In this document: piece after piece, positions 28,031-37,488 of the stretch | How the letters are laid out: every line of letters starts with the position of its first letter | How positions within the stretch are numbered: the first letter of the stretch is position 1 | Source of the DNA: a virus | Taxonomy: Duplodnaviria; Caudoviricetes | Strand: one strand, 5' to 3' | DNA: 64,000 bases | IMG/VR virus record: IMGVR_UViG_3300021368_000002 | Notes under the pieces: model-generated | Databases searched by the model: none | What the model was told of the DNA's origin: nothing | Seen by the model: only the letters and a program-made list of their open reading frames with translations | Translations under genes and position numbers: made by a program

Positions 28031-28588
28031 TTATTTGTAATTAGGACTTCTTCTTCCTTGACTTAACCTAAAAATGTTGCGGAATGTGCAAAACTTTATG
28101 GATGGATGATAATCTTGTACTTTACAAATTGCTTCTGCTAGCCTCTGCGATGGGGTTATTCCAAATTGATCATATTCAATGCATCCATCTAGTACAATGT
28201 AGTGCTGGATATGAGGATCTCTATCTATCCATTCTAAAAGTCCGCTTTTATGTCCGAGAAGACAACCTCCTAGATTTGACCCAGCAATGAATCTATATTC
28301 AACTGATCCTATCTTATCAGCAAGAAATGCAACTTCTTTTGTGCTAACTTTATCAGGAAAAGAAAGCCAGTTTGTTACACTTTTTTGTGTTTTTTTAAAT
28401 TTCTGTAAGAAGCTGCCAGGATCTTGTAGATGATTATCCGTTATTAAAAACAGTTGTTTATTGTACCATTTTTGGTTAAGTTCAAACCAATTCTTGAAAT
28501 TCTGGTATAGCCAATCCTCTGCTTCTTTTTCTGCTAAAAGAGCTGAATCGTGATGTCCGAAGTCAATTAAATGTAAATGGAAAAGCAT
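28031..28588 (-). CDS. Hypothetical protein (possible isochorismatase-like fold)
   Basis: LHLIDF and FIAGSNLGGCL; weak resemblance. Confidence 0.45.
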   Translation of the reverse strand: MLFHLHLIDFGHHDSALLAEKEAEDWLYQNFKNWFELNQKWYNKQLFLITDNHLQDPGSFLQKFKKTQKSVTNWLSFPDKVSTKEVAFLADKIGSVEYRFIAGSNLGGCLLGHKSGLLEWIDRDPHIQHYIVLDGCIEYDQFGITPSQRLAEAICKVQDYHPSIKFCTFRNIFRLSQGRRSPNYK

Positions 28589-28590
28589 AA

Positions 28591-28896
28591 CTAACCCTTT
28601 TTGCCCATTAGTTTTGCTTTTAGATCATTTAATTCGTTTTCTTTTGCGACTCTATTATCTTCTTCTCGTGTTCTCGCCATTGGTGTTTGCGGCTTTCGTT
28701 TCGCTTCATCCACCAATTGCTTGGGTTGTGTCTGTGTATTTTTATTGGATTGGTATACGCTTGCATGGCTGCTTTGTGCAGCGGCGATCCTTCTTCTAAG
28801 GTCGATGATCCTATTTTCAAGTACATCTTCAAATGCCCTTTCTACGACTTCAGTCGTGCCCTTTTTACAGATGATATCACATAACCATTGTATCAT
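28591..28896 (-). CDS. Hypothetical protein
   Basis: 101-aa ORF. Confidence 0.55.
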   Translation of the reverse strand: MIQWLCDIICKKGTTEVVERAFEDVLENRIIDLRRRIAAAQSSHASVYQSNKNTQTQPKQLVDEAKRKPQTPMARTREEDNRVAKENELNDLKAKLMGKKG

Positions 28897-28904
28897 AGTA
28901 ATAT

Positions 28905-29279
28905 TTAGTTGACTTTAAATAGAAACTCTATACCAATAACTACACCATCTTGTATACCTGTAGCAGTTCTTTCGTAGCTAGGTGCAACAAAATATGTAAT
29001 ATTATTGGTATTAAAATATGCTCTGGCATATGGCAACACGTCTGTACTAAAAGTTTCATAACCTGAAACTGCACCTAATTCTACGCCTATGTTAAAATAA
29101 TCAGGTCCTACTTCCCAATAACGCCCTCCATAGAAACTTGTATTGCCTTCGCTATTATCGTACACGCCTGCAACAAATCTTTCTGTTTCTATCCTAGCAT
29201 GAGGGTGAATCTCTTGGTATTGATCTGGGTTTTGAAAATTTAGATGCGACGAAAGTGCTATGCCTAAAAGTATGTCCAT
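28905..29279 (-). CDS. Small outer-membrane beta-barrel (PagP-like family)
   Basis: Alternating aromatic/hydrophobic strands, GVYDNSEGNTSFYGG, GAVSGY, terminal IGIEFLFKV. Confidence 0.5.
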   Translation of the reverse strand: MDILLGIALSSHLNFQNPDQYQEIHPHARIETERFVAGVYDNSEGNTSFYGGRYWEVGPDYFNIGVELGAVSGYETFSTDVLPYARAYFNTNNITYFVAPSYERTATGIQDGVVIGIEFLFKVN

Positions 29280-29286
29280 ATTGTAT

Positions 29287-29973
29287 TTAGTTGTTTCTAT
29301 TGACGGTAACAGCACAACCGCCTGCTGTATAACAAGTTCCAGTTATACTAAAACTATCAGCACTTGTAGTGACGTTTTGGTTAAGAGTATAATCATATGC
29401 TCCTCCTCCGTTTGTTAGATCTATTGCGGCACTTGCTGAGTTACTGCCTCTTTGATCTACATCTACTGTGTGTCCGTCGCCTGTAAGTACAATGTCTGCC
29501 CATTTAGCACCGCCGTTGCCTCTTTGGTACAAGCTGACTGCGTTGTCGTCTCCTTGTATTTCTACGAATCCGTCGTGTCCTGCTTTGCCCATTTGCGTGT
29601 GTCCTACTAGATTGTTGTCACCATTTACTATATTTGCTAGGTGATGTGGAGCTCCGCCGCCGCCGGCTCTATTTACATCAGTTTGAGCACTGCCTACATA
29701 GTTGTTGTTACCTGTAACAGTCCAATATGCTTCGTGACCGCCGGTTTCGTCATCGTCTATACTACCATCAACGTGCATACCTTGACGAAAAGACATACTA
29801 TTACCATCACCTGTACTGTTTAAGCTCACGTAGTTGTTTTGACTACGCTGTTGAATCTCCAAGGCGAGATCGTCACCAGCTTGGCTGATATAAATTTCAT
29901 TTGCACTAGTTGGTTTGCTTAATGTTAATAGTGTTAGTACCAACACCAAGCCTGTAATCCATAACGGCTTCAT
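29287..29973 (-). CDS. Curlin-like repeat protein (CsgA/CsgB-type)
   Basis: Signal peptide; repeats such as IYISQAGDD, IQQRSQNN, IVNGDNN..HTQMG, IQGDDN..LYQRG, VLTGDGH..VDQRG. Confidence 0.75.
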   Translation of the reverse strand: MKPLWITGLVLVLTLLTLSKPTSANEIYISQAGDDLALEIQQRSQNNYVSLNSTGDGNSMSFRQGMHVDGSIDDDETGGHEAYWTVTGNNNYVGSAQTDVNRAGGGGAPHHLANIVNGDNNLVGHTQMGKAGHDGFVEIQGDDNAVSLYQRGNGGAKWADIVLTGDGHTVDVDQRGSNSASAAIDLTNGGGAYDYTLNQNVTTSADSFSITGTCYTAGGCAVTVNRNN

Positions 29974-31021
29974 CACCTTGCTCCATATTAATTGTATATC
30001 CGCTATCTTGACTCATTGTTACATCAAGATGATTTTGCATAGATGTATCGTCTCTAATTATCCTATAGTTAGGTTCTTCTACAATAAGCGTAATTCGTGT
30101 TTGTTCATCATATCCGCTTTCTCGTGTTACAAAAAATTCTTCATTCTGCTTATCCAGTTCACTTCTAAACAATGCTGCTAATGCTTTATTTAATTCATCT
30201 AACATATCATGAAGTAACTCTTGTAAGTAGTATTGGTTCCTATCTAAATCAGTTACCCAAATGTCTTTGATATCATCTGTAAGAGCATCTTCATTTAAGT
30301 CGTCAAACTCTAAAAAGTCTATATCTAAAAATTCAAACATTGCCTTTGCTTTTTTACGTATTACATCTTCTTCTTCCTCGTACGGTGTTTTTTTACGTAG
30401 AATCAACAAATTATTAATGTCGTTTTCGTCTAGGGGCAGCACTAGCGGCCTAGTAGGTGCTTGCCAACTGTGCTTTACAACTGTAGTTTGGAAAGATTGA
30501 TTCATTATAACGATACCGGCATCCGACTCTACTGTAATTTCTCCGGTTACACAATAACCTTCTACATCACAACTAGGCAGTAATGTTATCATACTGCCGC
30601 CAAATTCATCTACAACCATTATAAAGTCGGTGCCACGCACACCAATTGTAGCACTAGGTGTTCTTATCTTTACATTTTGTTTGAAACGTTTTGCAATTTG
30701 TCCGCTTGCATATCTAACAGTACCTAGTGTTGCTTTTACACTAAGACTACCTATATCGTTTGCAGGATCGTAGACAAATTCATCAATTAATAATCTAGAA
30801 TGTTCAGTAATATCAACTCTTGTTTCGTCCACAAAGTCAATACGCATCCTGCCCTTAGCTGTAACAGCAGTGTCCATGCTTTGTACTGATACACCAGTTG
30901 TACCAGGTATAACGTCTTTGCCACGCTCTAAAACACCACTGCCTTTAATTTCGCCAATGTTGCCTGCGCTCGCAAATACAAGGTTAGGAAGAAAAAGAAA
31001 TAGTATTAGCCATTTATACAT
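29906..31021 (-). CDS. FecR-domain exported protein
   Basis: Signal peptide; D...T..GRMRIDFVDETRVDITEHSRLLID; KIRTPSATIGVRGTDF. Confidence 0.85.
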   Translation of the reverse strand: MYKWLILFLFLPNLVFASAGNIGEIKGSGVLERGKDVIPGTTGVSVQSMDTAVTAKGRMRIDFVDETRVDITEHSRLLIDEFVYDPANDIGSLSVKATLGTVRYASGQIAKRFKQNVKIRTPSATIGVRGTDFIMVVDEFGGSMITLLPSCDVEGYCVTGEITVESDAGIVIMNQSFQTTVVKHSWQAPTRPLVLPLDENDINNLLILRKKTPYEEEEDVIRKKAKAMFEFLDIDFLEFDDLNEDALTDDIKDIWVTDLDRNQYYLQELLHDMLDELNKALAALFRSELDKQNEEFFVTRESGYDEQTRITLIVEEPNYRIIRDDTSMQNHLDVTMSQDSGYTINMEQGDEAVMDYRLGVGTNTINIKQTN

Positions 31022-31752
31022 TAATCACTCTGTGTTATATCAACCTCTTGGTTGTCGCCGTCAAATGTAGCATCAATTGTGTTATCACCTATCCCACTTT
31101 GGGTTATATTGTAATAACTGCCGCCACCTGTTATGTCTAGCGTCACTGAGTGTCCGTTGGTATCTCCATCACCGGTTATATCTATGTCTAGCACATTTCC
31201 TGCATTTGAGCTTGACAATGTGCCGTTAGTTGCACCTGTTGATGCAAGACTTGCACTGTTGTCAATTGTTACATCTAGCACCACTGATGTTCCGTCAACT
31301 GTTGCTTCAATAACATTGTCATCGCCTGTAAGAGTAAAACTAATGTCTGCACCATCTGCATCATTTGTTTGACCTATATCAAAGTCAAATGTATTTGAGT
31401 CACCTGTAGTTGTTATATCAAGAGTTACATTCTCACAATTCAACCCAGTGTTAGAGTCACACAATAAATCAACTGTATTATAGTCGCCAGTGAATTCCCA
31501 CGTACCAGTGTATGTGTTACCTTTAATTACAGCAGCTATGTCGTTGTTGTTACCAGTTTGAGTTATAGTAAAAGTCATTGTGTCGCCTTCTAAAGTGACA
31601 CTTGTGGTACTATCACCAAATTCATTATCACTTCCATCTTGTGTAATTGACAAGTCTAGATTATCACCAACCTGTGCAATGTATATGTCATTTGCTTTTG
31701 CTGCACCAGAAAAAGCTAGTAATCCTAGACTTAATAATACCCAATACTTCAT
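31021..31752 (-). CDS. Curlin-like repeat protein (CsgA/CsgB-type)
   Basis: Signal peptide; ~23-aa repeats IAQVGDN, ITQDGSDN, ITQTGNNN, ITTTGDSN, ITQSGIGDN. Confidence 0.75.
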   Translation of the reverse strand: MKYWVLLSLGLLAFSGAAKANDIYIAQVGDNLDLSITQDGSDNEFGDSTTSVTLEGDTMTFTITQTGNNNDIAAVIKGNTYTGTWEFTGDYNTVDLLCDSNTGLNCENVTLDITTTGDSNTFDFDIGQTNDADGADISFTLTGDDNVIEATVDGTSVVLDVTIDNSASLASTGATNGTLSSSNAGNVLDIDITGDGDTNGHSVTLDITGGGSYYNITQSGIGDNTIDATFDGDNQEVDITQSD

Positions 31753-31862
31753 GATATATCCCTCCGACCGGCCCTCCCAGTCACATAACTATTTATCGTG
31801 TTTCTATATTATAAATACTACTGTATTTACTGTAAATATATTTACGATTAAGCGAGTGTTTT

Positions 31863-32096
31863 ATGATTGATCGAAAAGCTGAACAAGATGCATTATATCA
31901 GGTTATGGAAGACTTGAAAGAATACCATGAAAAAAACAAACCTGCGTTGCCTGATGAATTGAAAAACCTTGAAGTATCTAGAATACAAAGTGCTTTAGCA
32001 GAAGCAAATGGTAATCATACAAATGCAGCCAAAATTTTAAAAATAGGTAGAACTAATCTTCTTGCTAAAATGAAAAAATATAAGATTAGTTCTTAA
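31863..32096 (+). CDS. Fis-type HTH protein
   Basis: ALAEANGNHTNAAKILKIGRTNLLAKMKKY. Confidence 0.85.
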   Translation: MIDRKAEQDALYQVMEDLKEYHEKNKPALPDELKNLEVSRIQSALAEANGNHTNAAKILKIGRTNLLAKMKKYKISS

Positions 32097-32892
32097 ATTT
32101 CCAAAGTTTCTTTCGAGAACCTTCGTTAATCAATTCAATAATACCTGCTTCTATTGCTGCCCTAACAGCATAATTTACAGGTTCGTTAGTGCTAAATCCA
32201 ATTTCGCTTTCGACTAATTTTGTGCCTAAATCAAAAAACTTAAAAATATCTGCGCCTGATCTATAACTTGCTATAGTTTTTTCTGTAGCTACACTAAGCA
32301 AAACTTTACCTGTGCTCACACTAACAATTCTCATAACTACTGTGACTGTGTCTACCCTATATTCTGTTTGAGCACCTACGCCTAAATACCTGGCACCTGC
32401 ACCACCTACTGCTGTGTTACTATCATAACCTACTATACCGCCTTCTAATATCAATCCTGCAAACACCATTGGCTTCAAAGGTGTCGGTCCATTAGGAAGT
32501 TCTTTTTCATATACTTCTCTTGTGTTACGTATAAGCTGTCTTTCTTTTATAAGGTTGTCCATACCTACACGTTCTACAACTTCAAACCATGTGCCTTTGC
32601 CTACATCTTGTAGAGCTTTAATCACCCAAACTTCACCGCCTTGTGTAACAGCTGAACTTAGATTTGCAATATTATCTGCAGGTTTACGTTGCCCTGTTTT
32701 GTCTAAAAAACTATATACAGCGATTGTAATTTTAGGACCGTCTAATGGAGGGACAGCATCTAACCTTTCAGCAATAGGGCTTATCTGAACTGTAGGACTA
32801 CGATCTGCTTCTTCTAATTTTTTTAAGCTATCTATAGCAGCACAACCAGAAAGTATGGTCATGGCTAAAACAAGTAGTGCGGTGCGAAACAT
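32086..32892 (-). CDS. csgG: Curli secretion channel lipoprotein CsgG
   Basis: Lipobox LSGC; IAVYSFLDKTGQRK, SSAVTQGG, WFEVVER.G.DNLIKERQLIR, GGIVGYDSN, TNEPV..AVRAAIE. Confidence 0.92.
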   Translation of the reverse strand: MFRTALLVLAMTILSGCAAIDSLKKLEEADRSPTVQISPIAERLDAVPPLDGPKITIAVYSFLDKTGQRKPADNIANLSSAVTQGGEVWVIKALQDVGKGTWFEVVERVGMDNLIKERQLIRNTREVYEKELPNGPTPLKPMVFAGLILEGGIVGYDSNTAVGGAGARYLGVGAQTEYRVDTVTVVMRIVSVSTGKVLLSVATEKTIASYRSGADIFKFFDLGTKLVESEIGFSTNEPVNYAVRAAIEAGIIELINEGSRKKLWKFKN

Positions 32893-33354
32893 TTAAAAAT
32901 TAAACTCCCCTGCTCCTGGTATAGTTATTTCAGTATACCCGTCTGGTCCATCTACTATCAATGTAATTGCACCAGTATCTGTATCCTTAGTCCATGTAAT
33001 TGTTGCACCCTCTACTTCTGCTGTTCCTGTATTAGCACAGCTATCGCCACAGTCAGCAAACATTGCATCTACCATTTGCTTAGACAATGTAGCATAAATT
33101 CTTGATTCTACATTTCTTATAAATTTTGCGAGAGTGGTATTTTCCAACTCTCTTTCTAACCTAGCCGCTTCAGCATCTGCTGCTTTCCTTGCGTCTTCCT
33201 TCCTATTGTGTTGTAGTTGTTCAACAGAAAGAACGTGTGTACTATATCCATTTCCAAAATGAAATGCAGGTGATTTAAAACTCCAGGTTAGATCACTTGC
33301 AGCTACGTTAGGCAGTGCAAAAAATAAAAAGAATAAAAAAGCCAAATATTTCAT
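32893..33354 (-). CDS. csgF: Curli assembly protein CsgF
   Basis: Signal peptide; SDLTWSFKSPAF.GNG; FIRNVESRIYATLSKQ. Confidence 0.8.
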   Translation of the reverse strand: MKYLAFLFFLFFALPNVAASDLTWSFKSPAFHFGNGYSTHVLSVEQLQHNRKEDARKAADAEAARLERELENTTLAKFIRNVESRIYATLSKQMVDAMFADCGDSCANTGTAEVEGATITWTKDTDTGAITLIVDGPDGYTEITIPGAGEFNF

Positions 33355-33383
33355 ATTCTATACCTCATATATATAGGTATTTA

Positions 33384-34709
33384 TTAAAAATGTAGCTTGA
33401 AAGAAAATCCACCTTTTGTAGGATCAGTTGCGCCTGCTTTTGTTTCAACAGTTACTTTAGCGTTAATTTTTGCAGGCCATTGTGTAGTAAAGCTCATTAC
33501 ACCACGTACTAATTTTGCATCTTGCTGGATAAAGTTAAAGCCAAGTATTTCTAAAACTGCTGCTTCAAAGTTTGGTATAATTCCGCCGTTGATTGCATTC
33601 ATTGCGGCTGCTTTAACTACATAAGTAAGTTTTCCTGCATCTAAAGCATTACCTTTTGTTCTAAGTTCACTAAACAAATTTTGGTATTGCGGTAATTCTG
33701 TTTTTTGTTTCCTGCTGTCTAAAATCTCTTGTATTGCTTCTGGTGTCCAAGGAAGGAATTCATGAAATTTAGTAGGAATTGATTGTGGATCTGCTTCGTA
33801 GCACAAGTTCATAACTTTATAAACTTGACTGATTGTTGTAGGCTTTGGCAAATTAGGATTTTTTACAAGCTCTATAAAGTCGATGGCAGTTTTATATTGC
33901 TTTTTTTCATACATCGCTTTTGGAATTTCTAAAGTTGAAATACTTGGCGGAGCGCCACCGCCTTTGCCTTTACTGCTAATGTTAATTTGGTGTCCTGAAT
34001 TAGGATCTATAAGAGCGTAACTGTCTGCTAATGGTGCGTTTGATGCTTCTGGAAATACTAGAGTAAGATCTTCTATCTGTGTACCCATCCATTTTATAAA
34101 CTTTTCTTTAGCAGGAAAATTACTTACACCTTGAATAAGAGCTTGCACTCCTAAATATTCGCCTGCATAATCATTAATTGCAGCCACTACGCCTTTTCCT
34201 AGTTCCTTTACAGGTACAGTAGGATTTTGACCTGCATTTATTTGCTTAGACATTTCCTTTACAGGATCGCCTGCTTCTTGTACTGAATAATTGGCTGCTA
34301 AAATTTCACTGTGGAGATCGCCTGCCTTAATTCTTCTATCTACAATACCTATATCGCTAGGTTTAAGGCCGGCAGCTTCTTTTGGTATATCTTTGTTTGC
34401 AACGGTCTGGCCTGGGGGGATTGCTTGTCCGCCGTAGTCTTTTGTTTTTAGAAAACTTCCTAGTGCAAATTCTTTACCGTCTTTGCCCTTGATAGTAACT
34501 TTATTTGTAAATTCTCCGTTATCTAAAAGATCTTGGAATCTATCTGCTTCTTTAGGATCTGCAATAAATTCTGTGCCGTCAGTAAAATATAATGGTTTAC
34601 CTGTACGAATATTATTTAATAGATTGTTAAATCTATTCATATCCTTAGTAAGTTTACCCGGTGTCAGGGTTGTCAGGGCTTCTACAATTTTAAATTCTTC
34701 GTAACGCAT
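33384..34709 (-). CDS. Putative internal virion protein
   Basis: MRYEEFKIVE N-terminus shared with 59293; late motif TAAATA at 34714-34719. Confidence 0.55.
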   Translation of the reverse strand: MRYEEFKIVEALTTLTPGKLTKDMNRFNNLLNNIRTGKPLYFTDGTEFIADPKEADRFQDLLDNGEFTNKVTIKGKDGKEFALGSFLKTKDYGGQAIPPGQTVANKDIPKEAAGLKPSDIGIVDRRIKAGDLHSEILAANYSVQEAGDPVKEMSKQINAGQNPTVPVKELGKGVVAAINDYAGEYLGVQALIQGVSNFPAKEKFIKWMGTQIEDLTLVFPEASNAPLADSYALIDPNSGHQINISSKGKGGGAPPSISTLEIPKAMYEKKQYKTAIDFIELVKNPNLPKPTTISQVYKVMNLCYEADPQSIPTKFHEFLPWTPEAIQEILDSRKQKTELPQYQNLFSELRTKGNALDAGKLTYVVKAAAMNAINGGIIPNFEAAVLEILGFNFIQQDAKLVRGVMSFTTQWPAKINAKVTVETKAGATDPTKGGFSFKLHF

Positions 34710-34716
34710 AAAGTAT

Positions 34717-35409
34717 TTATGCTAATTTAGGGAATAACATATCTGTACAGAATTTATCAACATCTTCCTCAGGAAGTCCTAGAGATTTCATTACATTTGG
34801 TGTATGTGGATTTTGTTGCTGATTATGACAGTAGTAGTCTTGGCAAGCAGACACGATTGCAGGATCACCTTCTCCATCAGTTATGCCTACTTCGTCAAAG
34901 TATGCTCTTAAATTATCTAATGCAATACGTATGATCTCAGTTGCTTCTTCATCTGTCTTTACATTACCAGCGGCAAGCATTTTGTCTGTAAAGATATTAC
35001 GAGCCCATTCTGGCAGTTCACGTTGCTTTTCTGGTATAAAGTGTTCTACACTTTCAAAGTAACCTTGTATCATATCGTGATTAGGGTCAGCACTTGGTGA
35101 AAAGTCGTGGAACGCACCTGTCATTTTATTTTTACCAGCAATAACATCAAAGCCGTAAATAGGTGCAGGATTGTTCAGTTGAGGGAAAATACAAACGTGC
35201 ATCATCCATAGTCCTTTTGAGTCCCTAGCATCAACAACATCTATATGAGCTCTTCGCACACTTTTGTTTGCCCAAACTCTGTTAATCCAACCACTGTCAG
35301 GTCTATTAAAATGATCTAATCCATCTTCTTGTATTTCTGTTGCCTGTTCATCAAAAATATTAATTATTTCATCTTTGCATTCTATTAGTTTATCCCAAAT
35401 CAAACTCAT
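34717..35409 (-). CDS. Ferredoxin-dependent bilin reductase (PcyX/PcyA-like)
   Basis: VRRAHIDVV, LWMMHVCIFP, PIYGFDVIAG, GAFHDFSP, LPEWARNIF, YCHNQQQNPHT; adjacent to heme oxygenase. Confidence 0.85.
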   Translation of the reverse strand: MSLIWDKLIECKDEIINIFDEQATEIQEDGLDHFNRPDSGWINRVWANKSVRRAHIDVVDARDSKGLWMMHVCIFPQLNNPAPIYGFDVIAGKNKMTGAFHDFSPSADPNHDMIQGYFESVEHFIPEKQRELPEWARNIFTDKMLAAGNVKTDEEATEIIRIALDNLRAYFDEVGITDGEGDPAIVSACQDYYCHNQQQNPHTPNVMKSLGLPEEDVDKFCTDMLFPKLA

Positions 35410-35935
35410 CTGCAAGTTCCTTAAATAATTGTGTAGCAAATTCAAAACAGACAATAGCTTCCTCTGCCATTGAATCGTTTATCTTTGCTCTAATTTTTTC
35501 TTTATATTCGTTAACATCACAATCAAATTTGTAATAGTTACCTTCTCCTGGTACCCGCTTGGCTATCATTTGTCCGCCGCTTAGGTCGCCCATATGTCTT
35601 ACATAGACGTGTGCCATAATTTTATCTGCATCGTCCATGATAGATAACATATGTTTATGGTATTCTTCTATAACGTCTGTGTACTTGACAACTTTGTCTT
35701 TAGGCCATAGTTCTCTAGCATCTTTTAATATTGCTGGCCCACGTCTAATGTTTGGTATGTCATTAAATAATCCATGAGCCATTGCCATTGCTTCTAAAAC
35801 ATCATAGCAAGCGTGTTGGTGCCAAAGGTAACAAGCATACTGTTCATCAGTTAGCTGTCCTTTGAACATTGCTTTTACAAATGTTTGGCGTTCTGCATTT
35901 TTATGATGTTCCCAAGTAAGGTCTTTTAAACTCAT
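35390..35935 (-). CDS. Heme oxygenase (HemO/Ho1-like)
   Basis: LKDLTWEHHKNAE, AHVYVRHMGDLSGGQMI, EEAIVCFEFA. Confidence 0.9.
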   Translation of the reverse strand: MSLKDLTWEHHKNAERQTFVKAMFKGQLTDEQYACYLWHQHACYDVLEAMAMAHGLFNDIPNIRRGPAILKDARELWPKDKVVKYTDVIEEYHKHMLSIMDDADKIMAHVYVRHMGDLSGGQMIAKRVPGEGNYYKFDCDVNEYKEKIRAKINDSMAEEAIVCFEFATQLFKELADEFDLG

Positions 35936-36249
35936 TCTTCCTCAACTTTGATTTGCAACGGAAAGCCATTTTGTCTGCTTAAATTAGTTGCTTCTATTGC
36001 CTTTTGTTCAGCTATTTCATATGTATATATGCCTGCTACTCCTGCACCTTCATGATGAATGGTTAGAGTTAACTTTTCAGCAGTATCGGATGAGTGTCTA
36101 AAAATCTGTATGAGTAATTCTATTACAAAATCAATCGGTGTATTGTTATCATTTAAAAGAATTACCTTATATAGAGGTGGTTCAAATGCAGTATCTTTAA
36201 TTTTTTCGTCGATAACAATTTCTTCTAAAATATCAATATCAGCTGACAT
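35932..36249 (-). CDS. clpS: Clp protease adaptor ClpS
   Basis: PPLYKVILLNDNNTPIDFV, IHHEGAGVAGIYTYEIAE. Confidence 0.92.
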   Translation of the reverse strand: MSADIDILEEIVIDEKIKDTAFEPPLYKVILLNDNNTPIDFVIELLIQIFRHSSDTAEKLTLTIHHEGAGVAGIYTYEIAEQKAIEATNLSRQNGFPLQIKVEEE

Positions 36250-36263
36250 TACATTCTCCTTGG

Positions 36264-36289
36264 AAAAGAGGGGGGATACCTTCCCCCCT
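36264..36289 (-). terminator. Intrinsic terminator after hsp20
   Basis: AGGGGGGA-AGGTA-TCCCCCCT-CTTTT. Confidence 0.75.
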
Positions 36290-36296
36290 AACTATA

Positions 36297-36761
36297 TTAT
36301 TCTTGAGTTTCGCCTTCTAGAATATTGTTACCATCTACGATTTTAATACGCTTAGGTTGTAACTCTTCTGGAACTTCACGCTTCAAGTGGATGTTTAGCA
36401 TACCTAGTTCAAGGTTTGCACAATGCACTTCTACGTGATCAGCAAGTGTAAACTCTCTACGGAAGTTTCGGCCACCGATGCCCTTGTGTAGATAGTTTAC
36501 TTCATCTCCTCCTTTAGGAGCTGTTCCTTCTACTCTCAAAATATTACCGTCTTTAGTAATTTCTAAGTTATCCATACCAAAGCCAGCAACCGCAAGAGAG
36601 ATCATATACTCGTCTTCGTTGATTTGTGCAATGTTGTATGGAGGATAACCGTTACCGTTTGGACTGTTTGCAAATGAACGTTCTAGTTCATTGAATAGTC
36701 TGTCAAAGCCAATAGTTGCTCTGTGAAAGTTAGGTAGGTCTAGAGTTGTTAGTCTTGTCAT
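36297..36761 (-). CDS. Small heat-shock protein Hsp20 (IbpA-like)
   Basis: IGFDRLF, YPPYNI, LAVAGF, YLHKGIGGRNFRREFTL, GMLNIHL. Confidence 0.95.
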   Translation of the reverse strand: MTRLTTLDLPNFHRATIGFDRLFNELERSFANSPNGNGYPPYNIAQINEDEYMISLAVAGFGMDNLEITKDGNILRVEGTAPKGGDEVNYLHKGIGGRNFRREFTLADHVEVHCANLELGMLNIHLKREVPEELQPKRIKIVDGNNILEGETQE

Positions 36762-36815
36762 GTTTTTTCTCCTTTAATAAGCAAGTTAACATTTGTGCCC
36801 TTTTCGGCGCACGTT
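36762..36815 (-). promoter_or_regulatory. ROSE-like RNA thermometer candidate
   Basis: 5' hairpin GUGC..GCAC then CUUGCU-N7-AGGAG, the ROSE UUGCU/SD pairing pattern. Confidence 0.5.
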
Positions 36816-36864
36816 TTATTTATCATCATAATACTATAATATAATAAAAAAGAACGATTGTCAA

Positions 36865-37437
36865 CTAAAATTTTATTAATATTTCAGTGCCAACCCATAT
36901 TCTTCTTGGCTGATATCTGTCATTAGACTGTGTCTGTACAAAAATTCCATAGTCTACTTTTTTGCCTTTCCACTTTGTTCCAACATAAGTCATTATCAAG
37001 GGAATTTGTTTGGTATCTATTACGTAATGCGGCTCTACAAATATGTATGGTTGTCCTATCAATTCATACTTTTGCCATTTATATCCTATTCTTGGTCTAT
37101 AACGTAATTGATTATCTCTACGTTGCCGCTCTCTATATTCAAATCGTGACCAATAAAAAAATCCGTTATCATAATGTTTAATTTGAAAACGGACGTTATT
37201 CAGTTTTTGATCGTTAAGAGTTTGACGTCTGTACTCAAATTGATAAGGAGTATCCTTTATTTTATATCTTATCCATTCGTGATTATCTGGATGGTTATGG
37301 AATTGTTTTATTCCGAAACTAAGTTCATTGTTGACTTTAAAATCAAAGTTAAGTTCAGTCCTTTCAAATCTTTCTATATCAGCAAGAGCTGGAAAGGCCG
37401 TTAAAAGTAAAATAATAAAAGTTGTTGCAAGTTTCAT
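36865..37437 (-). CDS. Outer-membrane beta-barrel protein (DUF2490-like)
   Basis: Signal peptide; RFEYRE...RYRPRIGY; C-terminal Phe. Confidence 0.6.
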   Translation of the reverse strand: MKLATTFIILLLTAFPALADIERFERTELNFDFKVNNELSFGIKQFHNHPDNHEWIRYKIKDTPYQFEYRRQTLNDQKLNNVRFQIKHYDNGFFYWSRFEYRERQRRDNQLRYRPRIGYKWQKYELIGQPYIFVEPHYVIDTKQIPLIMTYVGTKWKGKKVDYGIFVQTQSNDRYQPRRIWVGTEILIKF

Positions 37438-37488
37438 AAATCCTCCGTTGTAAGTACAGAACATTTATCTCTTTTGCAACAACTTGGT

